64,000 bases of DNA from Macrostomum lignano. Taxonomy: Eukaryota. Below are positions 1 through 10,300 of the stretch, in pieces. A program made the translations under genes and the position numbers. Each line of letters begins with the position of its first letter. The stretch's first letter is position 1. The notes under the pieces were generated by a model. That model worked only from the letters and a program-made list of their open reading frames with translations, searched no databases and was not told the origin of the DNA. The stretch is taken from positions 1,209 through 65,208 of the forward strand of contig NIVC01000258.1 of assembly GCA_002269645.1 (NCBI GenBank). The letters are read 5' to 3'.

Positions 1-269
1 CGCTCTCACTAATGTCCACACCCGCTCTCCCCTAGTGTCCACAGCCGCTCTCCCTCTAGTGTCCACTGCCGCTCTCCCCTAGTGTCCACAGCCGCTGTCA
101 CTAGTGTCCACAGCCGCTGTCACTAGTGTCCACAGCCGCTCTCCCCTAGTGTCCACAGCCGCTCTCCCTCTAGTGTCCACTGCCGCTCTCCCCAAGTGTC
201 CACAGCCGCTCTCCCCTAGTGTCCACAGCCGCTGTCACTAGTGTCCACTGCCGCTCTCCCTAGTGTCCA
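1..269. repeat. GC-rich minisatellite, 22-24-bp unit (AGTGTCCACAGCCGCTCTCCCCT and variants), about 11 copies visible, truncated by the left window edge
   Basis: Units read directly at 11-33, 34-57, 58-80, 81-102, 103-124, 125-147, 148-171, 172-194, 195-217, 218-239 and 240-261, with a partial unit at 262-269. Variants end in CTCCCCT, CTCCCTCT or GTCACT and have CACAG or CACTG internally. Confidence 0.97.
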
Positions 270-270
270 A

Positions 271-901
271 CACTCGAAGCGGAACCCCCGACCAGCCCCA
301 CAGCGGGCCAGCCGAAATAACAAAGGCGCGGCAATTCAAATCGGCACGCAGACTGGTAACTATTATCCTGAAGCAGCTGCGGTTAAAGAAAATCCCATAA
401 AGTGCAACCGCATGGCAACGCCCTCCCCCTGCAGCCTGTCGCTGCCAATTATAAGCCAGGAAAATACCAGAGAAATTCTTTTCTCCCTCACCGAAGTTCA
501 AGGGATAAAAATCTCTGGCAGTCACGGGCAGAGGACAGAGTCTCCGGGATCCCGCGGCCTTGTCCTAACCCTGGAATGCCCCCTCCCCACCCTCCCCAGA
601 AAACTGTTTTTAGTTTCCAACGAGGGCGGTCTCTCTGCCCAATGTCGGGATGATGCAACTGAACAGCTGCCACCCGCTTTGCGCTGTACCTGAATACCAG
701 GTGGGGTAGGGATGCTGCGGAGTGATGGAGGACCCTGTCAACACTCCCATCGGGCGGGGGTACGGCCCCTGCAGGCGAGCTCCATTAGCACTGCTGAGCC
801 GCAGTCAGTCTCGCGGGTAGCCGTTTAAACAAACCTCCCGCCTTTCTCCTCCCCATGCACTCTCTCCCTCTCTGTCAGAGGGGAGCTGCCGACTTAACGC
901 G
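271..901. promoter_or_regulatory. CpG-island-like unique segment (left flank)
   Basis: About 36 CpG in ~630 bp by manual count at roughly 55% GC, so CpG is only mildly depleted (rough O/E about 0.7). Contains a GGGCGG GC box at 752-757 and CAGCTG E-boxes at 374-379 and 664-669. Regulatory function is inferred, not shown. Confidence 0.45.
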
Positions 902-1064
902 CTAACAGCCAAGAAGACCATTTATTTTTCCCCAAAAACCCATTAGTTACTTCACCCCCATCCCGTTGATAATGCTGGGCCTACAGAACTTAGAAATTGC
1001 AGATTGGAGCAATCAATGTAAGATGTTTATGAAAATTGAGGACGCGTTTCTTGAATTGCCACAA

Positions 1065-1087
1065 GTCAGCTGGGGTGATCAGCTGAC
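1065..1087. promoter_or_regulatory. Dyad-symmetric pair of E-boxes (GTCAGCTG-N7-CAGCTGAC) in an AT-richer, homeobox-motif-rich segment
   Basis: GTCAGCTG (1065-1072) and CAGCTGAC (1080-1087) are exact reverse complements separated by 7 nt. Nearby motifs are TTTATG (1026-1031), ACAATTA (1086-1092), GCATTAGATTAA (1103-1114) and GCCATAAA (1130-1137). Confidence 0.35.
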
Positions 1088-1140
1088 AATTATTCTGCAG
1101 CAGCATTAGATTAAGTGTTTGAGTTTTGAGCCATAAACAC

Positions 1141-1300
1141 CATGTGTCTCTCTCATGTCTCTCTCACTGTGTCTCTGTCTCTCGCTGTGTCTCTCTCTGT
1201 GTCTCTGTCTCTAGCTGTGTCTCCTGTGTCTCCTGTCTCTAGCTGTGTCTCTGTCTCTCTCGCTGTGTCTCCTGTCTCTTAGCTGTGTCTGTCTCTCTAG
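1141..1300. repeat. Degenerate left edge of the array (TG/TC microsatellite-like proto-monomers)
   Basis: Irregular units such as CATGTGTCTCTCT, CTGTGTCTCTGTCTCTCG and CTGTGTCTCTCTCTGTGTCTCTGTCTCTAG occur before the regular HOR begins at 1301. Confidence 0.85.
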
Positions 1301-4194
1301 CTGTGTCTCCTGTCTCTCCAGCTGTGTTTCATGTCTCTCTCACTGTGTCTCCTGTCTCTTTAGCTGTGTCTTCTGTCTCTCTAGCTGTGTCTCCTGTCTC
1401 TCCAGCTGTGTTTCATGTCTCTCTCACTGTGTCTCCTGTCTCTTTAGCTGTGTCTTCTGTCTCTCTAGCTGTGTCTCCTGTCTCTCCAGCTGTGTTTCAT
1501 GTCTCTCTCACTGTGTCTCCTGTCTCTTTAGCTGTGTCTTCTGTCTCTCTAGCTGTGTCTCCTGTCTCTCCAGCTGTGTTTCATGTCTCTCTCACTGTGT
1601 CTCCTGTCTCTTTAGCTGTGTCTTCTGTCTCTCTAGCTGTGTCTCCTGTCTCTCCAGCTGTGTTTCATGTCTCTCTCACTGTGTCTCCTGTCTCTTTAGC
1701 TGTGTCTTCTGTCTCTCTAGCTGTGTCTCCTGTCTCTCCAGCTGTGTGTCTCTCACTGTGTCTGTCTCTCACTGTGTCTCCTGTCTCTTTAGCTGTGTCT
1801 TCTGTCTCTCTAGCTGTGTCTCCTGTCTCTCCAGCTGTGTTTCATGTCTCTCTCACTGTGTCTCCTGTCTCTTTAGCTGTGTCTTCTGTCTCTCTAGCTG
1901 TGTCTCCTGTCTCTCCAGCTGTGTTTCATGTCTCTCTCACTGTGTCTCCTGTCTCTTTAGCTGTGTCTTCTGTCTCTCTAGCTGTGTCTCCTGTCTCTCC
2001 AGCTGTGTTTCATGTCTCTCTCACTGTGTCTCCTGTCTCTTTAGCTGTGTCTTCTGTCTCTCTAGCTGTGTCTCCTGTCTCTCCAGCTGTGTTTCATGTC
2101 TCTCTCACTGTGTCTCCTGTCTCTTTAGCTGTGTCTTCTGTCTCTCTAGCTGTGTCTCCTGTCTCTCCAGCTGTGTTTCATGTCTCTCTCACTGTGTCTC
2201 CTGTCTCTTTAGCTGTGTCTTCTGTCTCTCTAGCTGTGTCTCCTGTCTCTCCAGCTGTGTTTCATGTCTCTCTCACTGTGTCTCCTGTCTCTTTAGCTGT
2301 GTCTTCTGTCTCTCTAGCTGTGTCTCCTGTCTCTCCAGCTGTGTGTCTCTCACTGTGTCTCTGTCTCACTGTGTCTCCTGTCTCTTTAGCTGTGTCTTCT
2401 GTCTCTCTAGCTGTGTCTCCTGTCTCTCCAGCTGTGTTTCATGTCTCTCTCACTGTGTCTCCTGTCTCTTTAGCTGTGTCTTCTGTCTCTCTAGCTGTGT
2501 CTCCTGTCTCTCCAGCTGTGTTTCATGTCTCTCTCACTGTGTCTCCTGTCTCTTTAGCTGTGTCTTCTGTCTCTCTAGCTGTGTCTCCTGTCTCTCCAGC
2601 TGTGTTTCATGTCTCTCTCACTGTGTCTCCTGTCTCTTTAGCTGTGTCTTCTGTCTCTCTAGCTGTGTCTCCTGTCTCTCCAGCTGTGTTTCATGTCTCT
2701 CTCACTGTGTCTCCTGTCTCTTTAGCTGTGTCTTCTGTCTCTCTAGCTGTGTCTCCTGTCTCTCCAGCTGTGTTTCATGTCTCTCTCACTGTGTCTCCTG
2801 TCTCTTTAGCTGTGTCTTCTGTCTCTCTAGCTGTGTCTCCTGTCTCTCCAGCTGTGTTTCATGTCTCTCTCACTGTGTCTCCTGTCTCTTTAGCTGTGTC
2901 TTCTGTCTCTCTAGCTGTGTCTCCTGTCTCTCCAGCTGTGTTTCATGTCTCTCTCACTGTGTCTCCTGTCTCTTTAGCTGTGTCTCCTGTCTCTTTAGCT
3001 GTGTCTTCTGTCTCTCTAGCTGTGTCTCCTGTCTCTCCAGCTGTGTTTCATGTCTCTCTCACTGTGTCTCCTGTCTCTTTAGCTGTGTCTTCTGTCTCTC
3101 TAGCTGTGTCTCCTGTCTCTCCAGCTGTGTTTCATGTCTCTCTCACTGTGTCTCCTGTCTCTTTAGCTGTGTCTTCTGTCTCTCTAGCTGTGTCTCCTGT
3201 CTCTCCAGCTGTGTTTCATGTCTCTCTCACTGTGTCTCCTGTCTCTTTAGCTGTGTCTTCTGTCTCTCTAGCTGTGTCTCCTGTCTCTCCAGCTGTGTTT
3301 CATGTCTCTCTCACTGTGTCTCCTGTCTCTTTAGCTGTGTCTTCTGTCTCTCTAGCTGTGTCTCCTGTCTCTCCAGCTGTGTTTCATGTCTCTCTCACTG
3401 TGTCTCCTGTCTCTTTAGCTGTGTCTTCTGTCTCTCTAGCTGTGTCTCCTGTCTCTCCAGCTGTGTTTCATGTCTCTCTCACTGTGTCTCCTGTCTCTTT
3501 AGCTGTGTCTTCTGTCTCTCTAGCTGTGTCTCCTGTCTCTCCAGCTGTGTTTCATGTCTCTCTCACTGTGTCTCCTGTCTCTTTAGCTGTGTCTTCTGTC
3601 TCTCTAGCTGTGTCTCCTGTCTCTCCAGCTGTGTTTCATGTCTCTCTCACTGTGTCTCCTGTCTTTAGCTGTGTCTCTGTCTCTTAGCTGTGTCTTCTGT
3701 CTCTCTAGCTGTGTCTCCTGTCTCTCCAGCTGTGTTTCATGTCTCTCTCACTGTGTCTCCTGTCTCTTTAGCTGTGTCTTCTGTCTCTCTAGCTGTGTCT
3801 CCTGTCTCTCCAGCTGTGTTTCATGTCTCTCTCACTGTGTCTCCTGTCTCTTTAGCTGTGTCTTCTGTCTCTCTAGCTGTGTCTCCTGTCTCTCCAGCTG
3901 TGTTTCATGTCTCTCTCACTGTGTCTCCTGTCTCTTTAGCTGTGTCTTCTGTCTCTCTAGCTGTGTCTCCTGTCTCTCCAGCTGTGTTTCATGTCTCTCT
4001 CACTGTGTCTCCTGTCTCTTTAGCTGTGTCTTCTGTCTCTCTAGCTGTGTGTCTCTCTGTGTGTCTCTCTCACTGTGTCTCCTGTCTCTTTAGCTGTGTC
4101 TTCTGTCTCTCTAGCTGTGTCTCCTGTCTCTAGCTGTGTTCTGTCTCTCTCACTGTGTCTCCTGTCTCTTTAGCTGTGTCTTCTGTCTCTCTAG

Positions 4195-4350
4195 CTGTGT
4201 CTCCTGTCTCTAGCTGTGTCTTCTGTCTCTCTAGCTGTGTCTCCTGTCTCTAGCTGTGTTTCTGTCTCTCTACTGTGTCTCCTGTCTCTAGCTGTGTCTT
4301 CTGTCTCTCTAGCTGTGTCTCCTGTCTCTAGCTGTGTTTCTGTCTCTCTA
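4195..4350. repeat. Variant 78-bp HOR (19+21+19+19-bp monomers), two tandem copies
   Basis: CTGTGTCTCCTGTCTCTAG / CTGTGTCTTCTGTCTCTCTAG / CTGTGTCTCCTGTCTCTAG / CTGTGTTTCTGTCTCTCTA occurs at 4195-4272 and again at 4273-4350. This matches the 26-aa period of the minus-strand ORF 4191..4391. Confidence 0.85.
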
Positions 4351-7300
4351 CTGTGTCTCCTGTCTCTAGCTGTGTCTTCTGTCTCTCTCACTGTGTCTCC
4401 TGTCTCTAGCTGTGTCTTCTGTCTCTCTAGCTGTGTCTCCTGTCTCTAGCTGTGTCTTCTGTCTCTCTACTGTGTCTCCTGTCTCTCCAGCTGTGTTTCT
4501 GTCTCTCTCACTGTGTCTCCTGTCTCTTTAGCTGTGTCTTCTGTCTCTCTACTGTGTCTCCTGTCTCTCCAGCTGTGTTTCATGTCTCTCTCACTGTGTC
4601 TCCTGTCTCTTTAGCTGTGTCTTCTGTCTCTCTAGCTGTGTCTCCTGTCTCTAGCTGTGTCTTCTGTCTCTCTCAGCTGTGTCTCCTGTCTCTAGCTGTG
4701 TCTTCTGTCTCTCTCAGCTGTGTCTCCTGTCTCTAGCTGTGTTTCATGTCTCTCTCACTGTGTCTCCTGTCTCTTTAGCTGTGTCTTCTGTCTCTCTAGC
4801 TGTGTCTCCTGTCTCTCCAGCTGTGTTTCATGTCTCTCTCACTGTGTCTCCTGTCTCTTTAGCTGTGTCTTCTGTCTCTCTAGCTGTGTCTCCTGTCTCT
4901 CCAGCTGTGTTTCTGTCTCTCTCACTGTGTCTCCTGTCTCTTTAGCTGTGTCTTCTGTCTCTCTAGCTGTGTCTCCTGTCTCTCCAGCTGTGTGTCTCTC
5001 AGCTGTGTCTCTGTCTCTCTAGCTGTGTCTCCTGTCTCTAGCTGTGTCTTCTGTCTCTCTAGCTGTGTCTCCTGTCTCTCCAGCTGTGTCTTCTGTCTCT
5101 CTAGCTGTGTCTCCTGTCTCTCCAGCTGTGTTTCATGTCTCTCTCACTGTGTCTCCTGTCTCTTTAGCTGTGTCTTCTGTCTCTCTAGCTGTGTCTCCTG
5201 TCTCTCCAGCTGTGTTTCATGTCTCTCTCACTGTGTCTCCTGTCTCTTTAGCTGTGTCTTCTGTCTCTCTAGCTGTGTCTCCTGTCTCTCCAGCTGTGTT
5301 TCATGTCTCTCTCACTGTGTCTCCTGTCTCTTTAGCTGTGTCTTCTGTCTCTCTAGCTGTGTCTCCTGTCTCTCCAGCTGTGTTTCATGTCTCTCTCACT
5401 GTGTCTCCTGTCTCTTTAGCTGTGTCTTCTGTCTCTCTAGCTGTGTCTCCTGTCTCTCCAGCTGTGTTTCATGTCTCTCTCACTGTGTCTCCTGTCTCTT
5501 TAGCTGTGTCTTCTGTCTCTCTAGCTGTGTCTCCTGTCTCTCCAGCTGTGTTTCATGTCTCTCTCACTGTGTCTCCTGTCTCTTTAGCTGTGTCTTCTGT
5601 CTCTCTAGCTGTGTCTCCTGTCTCTCCAGCTGTGTTTCATGTCTCTCTCACTGTGTCTCCTGTCTCTTTAGCTGTGTCTTCTGTCTCTCTAGCTGTGTCT
5701 CCTGTCTCTCCAGCTGTGTTTCATGTCTCTCTCACTGTGTCTCCTGTCTCTTTAGCTGTGTCTTCTGTCTCTCTAGCTGTGTCTCCTGTCTCTCCAGCTG
5801 TGTTTCATGTCTCTCTCACTGTGTCTCCTGTCTCTTTAGCTGTGTCTTCTGTCTCTCTAGCTGTGTCTCCTGTCTCTCCAGCTGTGTTTCATGTCTCTCT
5901 CACTGTGTCTCCTGTCTCTTTAGCTGTGTCTTCTGTCTCTCTAGCTGTGTCTCCTGTCTCTTAGCTGTGTCTTCTGTCTCTCTAGCTGTGTCTCCTGTCT
6001 CTCTAGCTGTGTCTTCTGTCTCTCTCACTGTGTCTCCTGTCTCTTTAGCTGTGTCTTCTGTCTCTCTAGCTGTGTCTCCTGTCTCTAGCTGTGTTTCTGT
6101 CTCTCTACTGTGTCTCCTGTCTCTTTAGCTGTGTCTTCTGTCTCTCTAGCTGTGTCTCCTGTCTCTCAGCTGTGTTTCTGTCTCTCTCACTGTGTCTCCT
6201 GTCTCTTTAGCTGTGTCTTCTGTCTCTCTAGCTGTGTCTCCTGTCTCTCCAGCTGTGTTTCATGTCTCTCTCACTGTGTCTCCTGTCTCTTTAGCTGTGT
6301 CTTCTGTCTCTCTAGCTGTGTCTCCTGTCTCTCCAGCTGTGTTTCATGTCTCTCTCACTGTGTCTCCTGTCTCTTTAGCTGTGTCTTCTGTCTCTCTAGC
6401 TGTGTCTCCTGTCTCTCCAGCTGTGTTTCATGTCTCTCTCACTGTGTCTCCTGTCTCTTTAGCTGTGTCTTCTGTCTCTCTAGCTGTGTCTCCTGTCTCT
6501 CCAGCTGTGTTTCATGTCTCTCTCACTGTGTCTCCTGTCTCTTTAGCTGTGTCTTCTGTCTCTCTAGCTGTGTCTCCTGTCTCTCCAGCTGTGTTTCATG
6601 TCTCTCTCACTGTGTCTCCTGTCTCTTTAGCTGTGTCTTCTGTCTCTCTAGCTGTGTCTCCTGTCTCTCCAGCTGTGTTTCATGTCTCTCTCACTGTGTC
6701 TCCTGTCTCTTTAGCTGTGTCTTCTGTCTCTCTAGCTGTGTCTCCTGTCTCTCCAGCTGTGTTTCATGTCTCTCTCACTGTGTCTCCTGTCTCTTTAGCT
6801 GTGTCTTCTGTCTCTCTAGCTGTGTCTCCTGTCTCTCCAGCTGTGTTTCATGTCTCTCTCACTGTGTCTCCTGTCTCTTTAGCTGTGTCTTCTGTCTCTC
6901 TAGCTGTGTCTCTGTCTCTCCAGCTGTGTCTCCTGTCTCTCTCAGCTGTGTCTTCTGTCTCTCTAGCTGTGTCTCCTGTCTCTCCAGCTGTGTTTCATGT
7001 CTCTCTCACTGTGTCTCCTGTCTCTTTAGCTGTGTCTTCTGTCTCTCTAGCTGTGTCTCCTGTCTCTCCAGCTGTGTTTCATGTCTCTCTCACTGTGTCT
7101 CCTGTCTCTTTAGCTGTGTCTTCTGTCTCTCTAGCTGTGTCTCCTGTCTCTCCAGCTGTGTTTCATGTCTCTCTCACTGTGTCTCCTGTCTCTTTAGCTG
7201 TGTCTTCTGTCTCTCTAGCTGTGTCTCCTGTCTCTCCAGCTGTGTCTCCTGTCTCTCTAGCTGTGTCTCCTGTCTCTCCAGCTGTGTTTCATGTCTCTCT

Positions 7301-10300
7301 CACTGTGTCTCCTGTCTCTTTAGCTGTGTCTTCTGTCTCTCTAGCTGTGTCTCCTGTCTCTCCAGCTGTGTTTCATGTCTCTCTCACTGTGTCTCCTGTC
7401 TCTTTAGCTGTGTCTTCTGTCTCTCTAGCTGTGTCTCCTGTCTCTCCAGCTGTGTTTCATGTCTCTCTCACTGTGTCTCCTGTCTCTTTAGCTGTGTCTT
7501 CTGTCTCTCTAGCTGTGTCTCCTGTCTCTTAGCTGTGTCTCCTGTCTCTCTAGCTGTGTCTCCTGTCTCTCCAGCTGTGTTTCTGTCTCTCTCACTGTGT
7601 CTCCTGTCTCTTTAGCTGTGTCTTCTGTCTCTCTAGCTGTGTCTCCTGTCTCTAGCTGTGTTTCTGTCTCTCTCACTGTGTCTCCTGTCTCTTTAGCTGT
7701 GTCTTCTGTCTCTCTAGCTGTGTCTCCTGTCTCTCCAGCTGTGTTTCATGTCTCTCTCACTGTGTCTCCTGTCTCTTTAGCTGTGTCTTCTGTCTCTCTA
7801 GCTGTGTCTCCTGTCTCTCCAGCTGTGTTTCATGTCTCTCTCACTGTGTCTCCTGTCTCTTTAGCTGTGTCTTCTGTCTCTCTAGCTGTGTCTCCTGTCT
7901 CTCCAGCTGTGTTTCATGTCTCTCTCACTGTGTCTCCTGTCTCTTTAGCTGTGTCTTCTGTCTCTCTAGCTGTGTCTCCTGTCTCTCCAGCTGTGTTTCA
8001 TGTCTCTCTCACTGTGTCTCCTGTCTCTTTAGCTGTGTCTTCTGTCTCTCTAGCTGTGTCTCCTGTCTCTCCAGCTGTGTTTCATGTCTCTCTCACTGTG
8101 TCTCCTGTCTCTTTAGCTGTGTCTTCTGTCTCTCTAGCTGTGTCTCCTGTCTCTCCAGCTGTGTTTCATGTCTCTCTCACTGTGTCTCCTGTCTCTTTAG
8201 CTGTGTCTTCTGTCTCTCTAGCTGTGTCTCCTGTCTCTCCAGCTGTGTTTCATGTCTCTCTCACTGTGTCTCCTGTCTCTTTAGCTGTGTCTTCTGTCTC
8301 TCTAGCTGTGTCTCCTGTCTCTCCAGCTGTGTTTCATGTCTCTCTCACTGTGTCTCCTGTCTCTTTAGCTGTGTCTTCTGTCTCTCTAGCTGTGTCTCCT
8401 GTCTCTCCAGCTGTGTTTCATGTCTCTCTCACTGTGTCTCCTGTCTCTTTAGCTGTGTCTTCTGTCTCTCTAGCTGTGTCTCTGTCTCTCTAGCTGTGTC
8501 TGTCTCTCAGCTGTGTTTCATGTCTCTCTCACTGTGTCTCCTGTCTCTTTAGCTGTGTCTTCTGTCTCTCTAGCTGTGTCTCCTGTCTCTCCAGCTGTGT
8601 TTCATGTCTCTCTCACTGTGTCTCCTGTCTCTTTAGCTGTGTCTTCTGTCTCTCTAGCTGTGTCTCCTGTCTCTCCAGCTGTGTTTCATGTCTCTCTCAC
8701 TGTGTCTCCTGTCTCTTTAGCTGTGTCTTCTGTCTCTCTAGCTGTGTCTCCTGTCTCTCCAGCTGTGTTTCATGTCTCTCTCACTGTGTCTCCTGTCTCT
8801 TTAGCTGTGTCTTCTGTCTCTCTAGCTGTGTCTCCTGTCTCTCCAGCTGTGTTTCATGTCTCTCTCACTGTGTCTCCTGTCTCTTTAGCTGTGTCTTCTG
8901 TCTCTCTAGCTGTGTCTCCTGTCTCTCCAGCTGTGTTTCATGTCTCTCTCACTGTGTCTCCTGTCTCTTTAGCTGTGTCTTCTGTCTCTCTAGCTGTGTC
9001 TCCTGTCTCTCCAGCTGTGTTTCATGTCTCTCTCACTGTGTCTCCTGTCTCTTTAGCTGTGTCTTCTGTCTCTCTAGCTGTGTCTCCTGTCTCTCCAGCT
9101 GTGTTTCATGTCTCTCTCACTGTGTCTCCTGTCTCTTTAGCTGTGTCTTCTGTCTCTCTAGCTGTGTCTCCTGTCTCTCCAGCTGTGTTTCATGTCTCTC
9201 TCACTGTGTCTCCTGTCTCTTTAGCTGTGTCTCCTGTCTCTTTAGCTGTGTCTTCTGTCTCTCTAGCTGTGTCTCCTGTCTCTCCAGCTGTGTTTCATGT
9301 CTCTCTCACTGTGTCTCCTGTCTCTTTAGCTGTGTCTTCTGTCTCTCTAGCTGTGTCTCCTGTCTCTCCAGCTGTGTTTCATGTCTCTCTCACTGTGTCT
9401 CCTGTCTCTTTAGCTGTGTCTTCTGTCTCTCTAGCTGTGTCTCCTGTCTCTCCAGCTGTGTTTCATGTCTCTCTCACTGTGTCTCCTGTCTCTTTAGCTG
9501 TGTCTTCTGTCTCTCTAGCTGTGTCTCCTGTCTCTCCAGCTGTGTTTCATGTCTCTCTCACTGTGTCTCCTGTCTCTTTAGCTGTGTCTTCTGTCTCTCT
9601 AGCTGTGTCTCCTGTCTCTAGCTGTGTCTTCTGTCTCTCTAGCTGTGTCTCCTGTCTCTAGCTGTGTTTCTGTCTCTCTCACTGTGTCTCCTGTCTCTTT
9701 AGCTGTGTCTTCTGTCTCTCTAGCTGTGTCTCCTGTCTCTCCAGCTGTGTTTCTGTCTCTCTCACTGTGTCTCCTGTCTCTTTAGCTGTGTCTTCTGTCT
9801 CTCTAGCTGTGTCTCCTGTCTCTCCAGCTGTGTTTCTGTCTCTCTCACTGTGTCTCCTGTCTCTTTAGCTGTGTTTCTGTCTCTCTACTGTGTCTCCTGT
9901 CTCTAGCTGTGTCTTCTGTCTCTCTAGCTGTGTCTCCTGTCTCTCCAGCTGTGTTTCATGTCTCTCTCACTGTGTCTCCTGTCTCTTTAGCTGTGTCTTC
10001 TGTCTCTCTAGCTGTGTCTCCTGTCTCTCCAGCTGTGTTTCATGTCTCTCTCACTGTGTCTCCTGTCTCTTTAGCTGTGTCTTCTGTCTCTCTAGCTGTG
10101 TCTCCTGTCTCTCCAGCTGTGTTTCATGTCTCTCTCACTGTGTCTCCTGTCTCTTTAGCTGTGTCTTCTGTCTCTCTAGCTGTGTCTCTGTCTCTCTAGC
10201 TGTGTCTCTGTCTCTCCAGCTGTGTTTCATGTCTCTCTCACTGTGTCTCCTGTCTCTTTAGCTGTGTCTTCTGTCTCTCTAGCTGTGTCTCCTGTCTCTC

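Noticed and set aside
1-269. Common origin of the left minisatellite and the main array (shared CTAG, TGTC and CTCTC words; CTAGTGTC also near 62513)
   Set aside because: The similarity is limited to short low-complexity words, and the CCACAGCCG core has no counterpart in the 21-mer.
411-419. RFX X-box-like CATGGCAAC
   Set aside because: Only one good half-site; the upstream half does not match GTYRCC.
564-572. Telomere-like CCTAACCCT
   Set aside because: A single hexamer-sized match with no tandem TTAGGG array.
238-693. ORFs 241..693 (+), 238..525 (-), 402..653 (+) and 488..673 (-) in the left flank
   Set aside because: They overlap on both strands, the longest starts at a GTG inside the minisatellite, and none has a recognisable domain. 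This is as expected by chance in GC-rich DNA.
270-1140. Assignment to a Hox cluster or any named gene, and assignment of species
   Set aside because: CATAAA-type motifs are suggestive but far too short, and no homeobox or other identifiable exon is present in the window.
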